From assembly GCA_030264375.1 (NCBI GenBank), contig JASCQW010000162.1, positions 33,705,595 to 33,769,594 on the forward strand: a DNA stretch of 64,000 bases. The letters are read 5' to 3'. A program made the position numbers and the translations under genes. This document shows positions 62,067 to 64,000 of the stretch, piece after piece (positions within the stretch are counted from its first letter, which is position 1; every line of letters begins with the position of its first letter). The notes under the pieces are model-generated. The model did not search any database, was not told where the DNA came from, and saw only the letters and a list, made by a program, of their open reading frames with translations. Source of the stretch: Carcharhinus longimanus. Lineage: Eukaryota.

Positions 62067-64000
62067 AATATCTCATTTAGCAATGGTGCCTCACCTTACT
62101 TTCCCTTTCTTATGACAATCACAGTACTCTCTTGAACACAGTATTGAAATTAAAGCCACAACAAAGCAACTTTATCAAACAAGTCACCCAACATTCCATA
62201 CAAGTTTTAAGCACCTTAAACAGCCATGACCAGTTTATACTCAGCAATGACCAGTTTTACAAAGGTGTCCGTATATGTCTATCAGGCCACTCATTAGAAT
62301 ATGTAAGATGTCTAGTGGCTGGTTAAGTTGTGGCTGAAGGTGACTGGATATTATCTGAGATTAGTATGTACATAATCTCATACTTATCCCACTGAGTCGC
62401 TTGGAGGAATTGTTGATGTTATTTCTCCTCTTCTTCTCTGTATTTAAGTTTAAATTTGTTAATTCATTGAAGACTATGTTTGTTTACTGTTGAGTTGCTG
62501 ATCTTAGATAGGTTCAATAGTATTCTTTACATGTTCCCCATTCAGTAAATTCAATAAATTGTCCAGTCATTTTGTAGTCTAAATCACGTTAACAATTAAC
62601 AAATATGTTTTCTAATCTCTAAAGCAAAATCTTAATTATTTAACCTCAGCAGCTTCAGTCTGTTGCACAGAAACATAAAGCTTCAAGAACTATAATGGAA
62701 TGTGAACTATTCTAACTGGGGCGTAATTCTTCAAGATCAACAAGNNNNNNNNNNNNNNNNNNNNNNNNNNNNNNNNNNNNNNNNNNNNNNNNNNNNNNNN
62801 NNNNNNNNNNNNNNNNNNNNNNNNNNNNNNNNNNNNNNNNNNNNATCAACAAGTTACTTGTGCTGTCGACTGTAAAGCCTGATAAATACAGACTGCATCT
62901 TTATAAAGCCAAGTCTTGGTAACTGATTAACTAGTTCACCACAAAAATACTTATGAAGAATTCTCAAAGCACTACTACTTGTCTATTTGTAATGTAAATC
63001 ATTTCTGGCTGATTTTCTAAAACTGAATTGACGCAGGCAATTATTTTGATTGGTAAACCTCTACAGCTATTGATACACCATTTATGTCATGGAGTATTTT
63101 CTGCAGCATCAAATGAAATATTCAACAATCATTTGTGCAAAGGTTTGCAAATGCACATTTCTAAAGCTGCGAAGGCACCTTTAATAAAGTTAAAATGCCT
63201 TCTGTTTTAACTGATGGAAAGTCAGTGAAATTTAGCCAGCTTGTCTTGGCTGCACTGGGCGTGTGCAAACGCTTCAGCATTTGGTCCGCCTTGGCAAAAG
63301 TATTATATCTGTTCCACATCCAACAGTATTGCCACCAGAAGTGTAGAACAATACCATATAATTCAGAGTTGCAGATCCCCAGTAGCACGGGCTCTTTTAT
63401 ACATGCACGTTGTAGGGATTTGGACTCCATAATAAACCCCAGGTAAGAAAGTTCTTGTTGAGGAACAAAGGCAAAGTAGACAATTATTTATTTCAAATGC
63501 AAACTGTCAAGGTTTATCCGACAATAAAAATAGACACCTAACATTTCACTATTTAAGGCGTGCCATGGCACACAATTTAAATTTATGTCAGTCTGTCTTT
63601 CCCATGGATCCTGGACTTTGGGATCCTCTCTTCTTGTTTCCATGAGCTTGGTCTCTTGTTTCAAAATATCCTTCCAGATTTTAGCTTAGTCGAATCTAAC
63701 ATGCAACCAAATCCCTTTGCAGATTTAGGACTACAATCTTTTTAACTCACCTTTCTGAAATAACTCCTCTGAGACCAGTGTCCCTTTACCAAGCATAGAT
63801 TTATTTACAAAGTCAGCAACACTTAGACAGGCACTTTTTCGTACAGAGTAAAAACTTGAACCCTGACACTCCACATTATACACACAGGCAAGGCTCCCTG
63901 CTTGGACAAACAATCACTAACTTAATCAGGGAGCTTGTATTCTAAGAGGTTCAAACCATGGGCCTTGTTAATGTCATTACACTTCCCAGTCTATCTTAAT

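Noticed and set aside
1-64000. CRISPR array, operon or prokaryotic defence system
   Set aside because: No regularly spaced repeat-spacer array and no long or dense ORFs; the content is vertebrate interspersed repeats.

Overview
This is eukaryotic, not prokaryotic, DNA: an AT-rich, repeat-dense, apparently intronic or intergenic stretch of a cartilaginous-fish (shark-type) draft assembly with N gaps. The organism call is an inference from many HE1-type V-SINEs together with abundant CR1 LINEs. I recognise no host protein-coding gene. Every ORF I can assign is a decayed transposon fragment: CR1, RTE, Rex1/Babar, L2 and an RSg-1-like LINE, a Gypsy RNase H, a pogo/Tigger transposase, and PIF/Harbinger transposase and Myb/SANT remnants. 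Most worth follow-up: (i) Penelope-derived repeats carrying minimal hammerhead ribozyme cores, one in a long fold-back with a 13-bp TSD; (ii) a tRNA-headed Meta/SlmI-like SINE that matches both the 5' start and the 3' end of one LINE type present in the window; (iii) an LF-SINE-like relic; (iv) V-SINEs with two different LINE-type tails; (v) a Harbinger set of transposase, Myb/SANT partner and MITEs; (vi) motif-dense unique blocks (candidate enhancers) and two AG|GT composite splice sites. I found no convincing novel multi-gene system. Family names come from recalled consensus sequences, not database searches, and the boundaries of old repeats are approximate.
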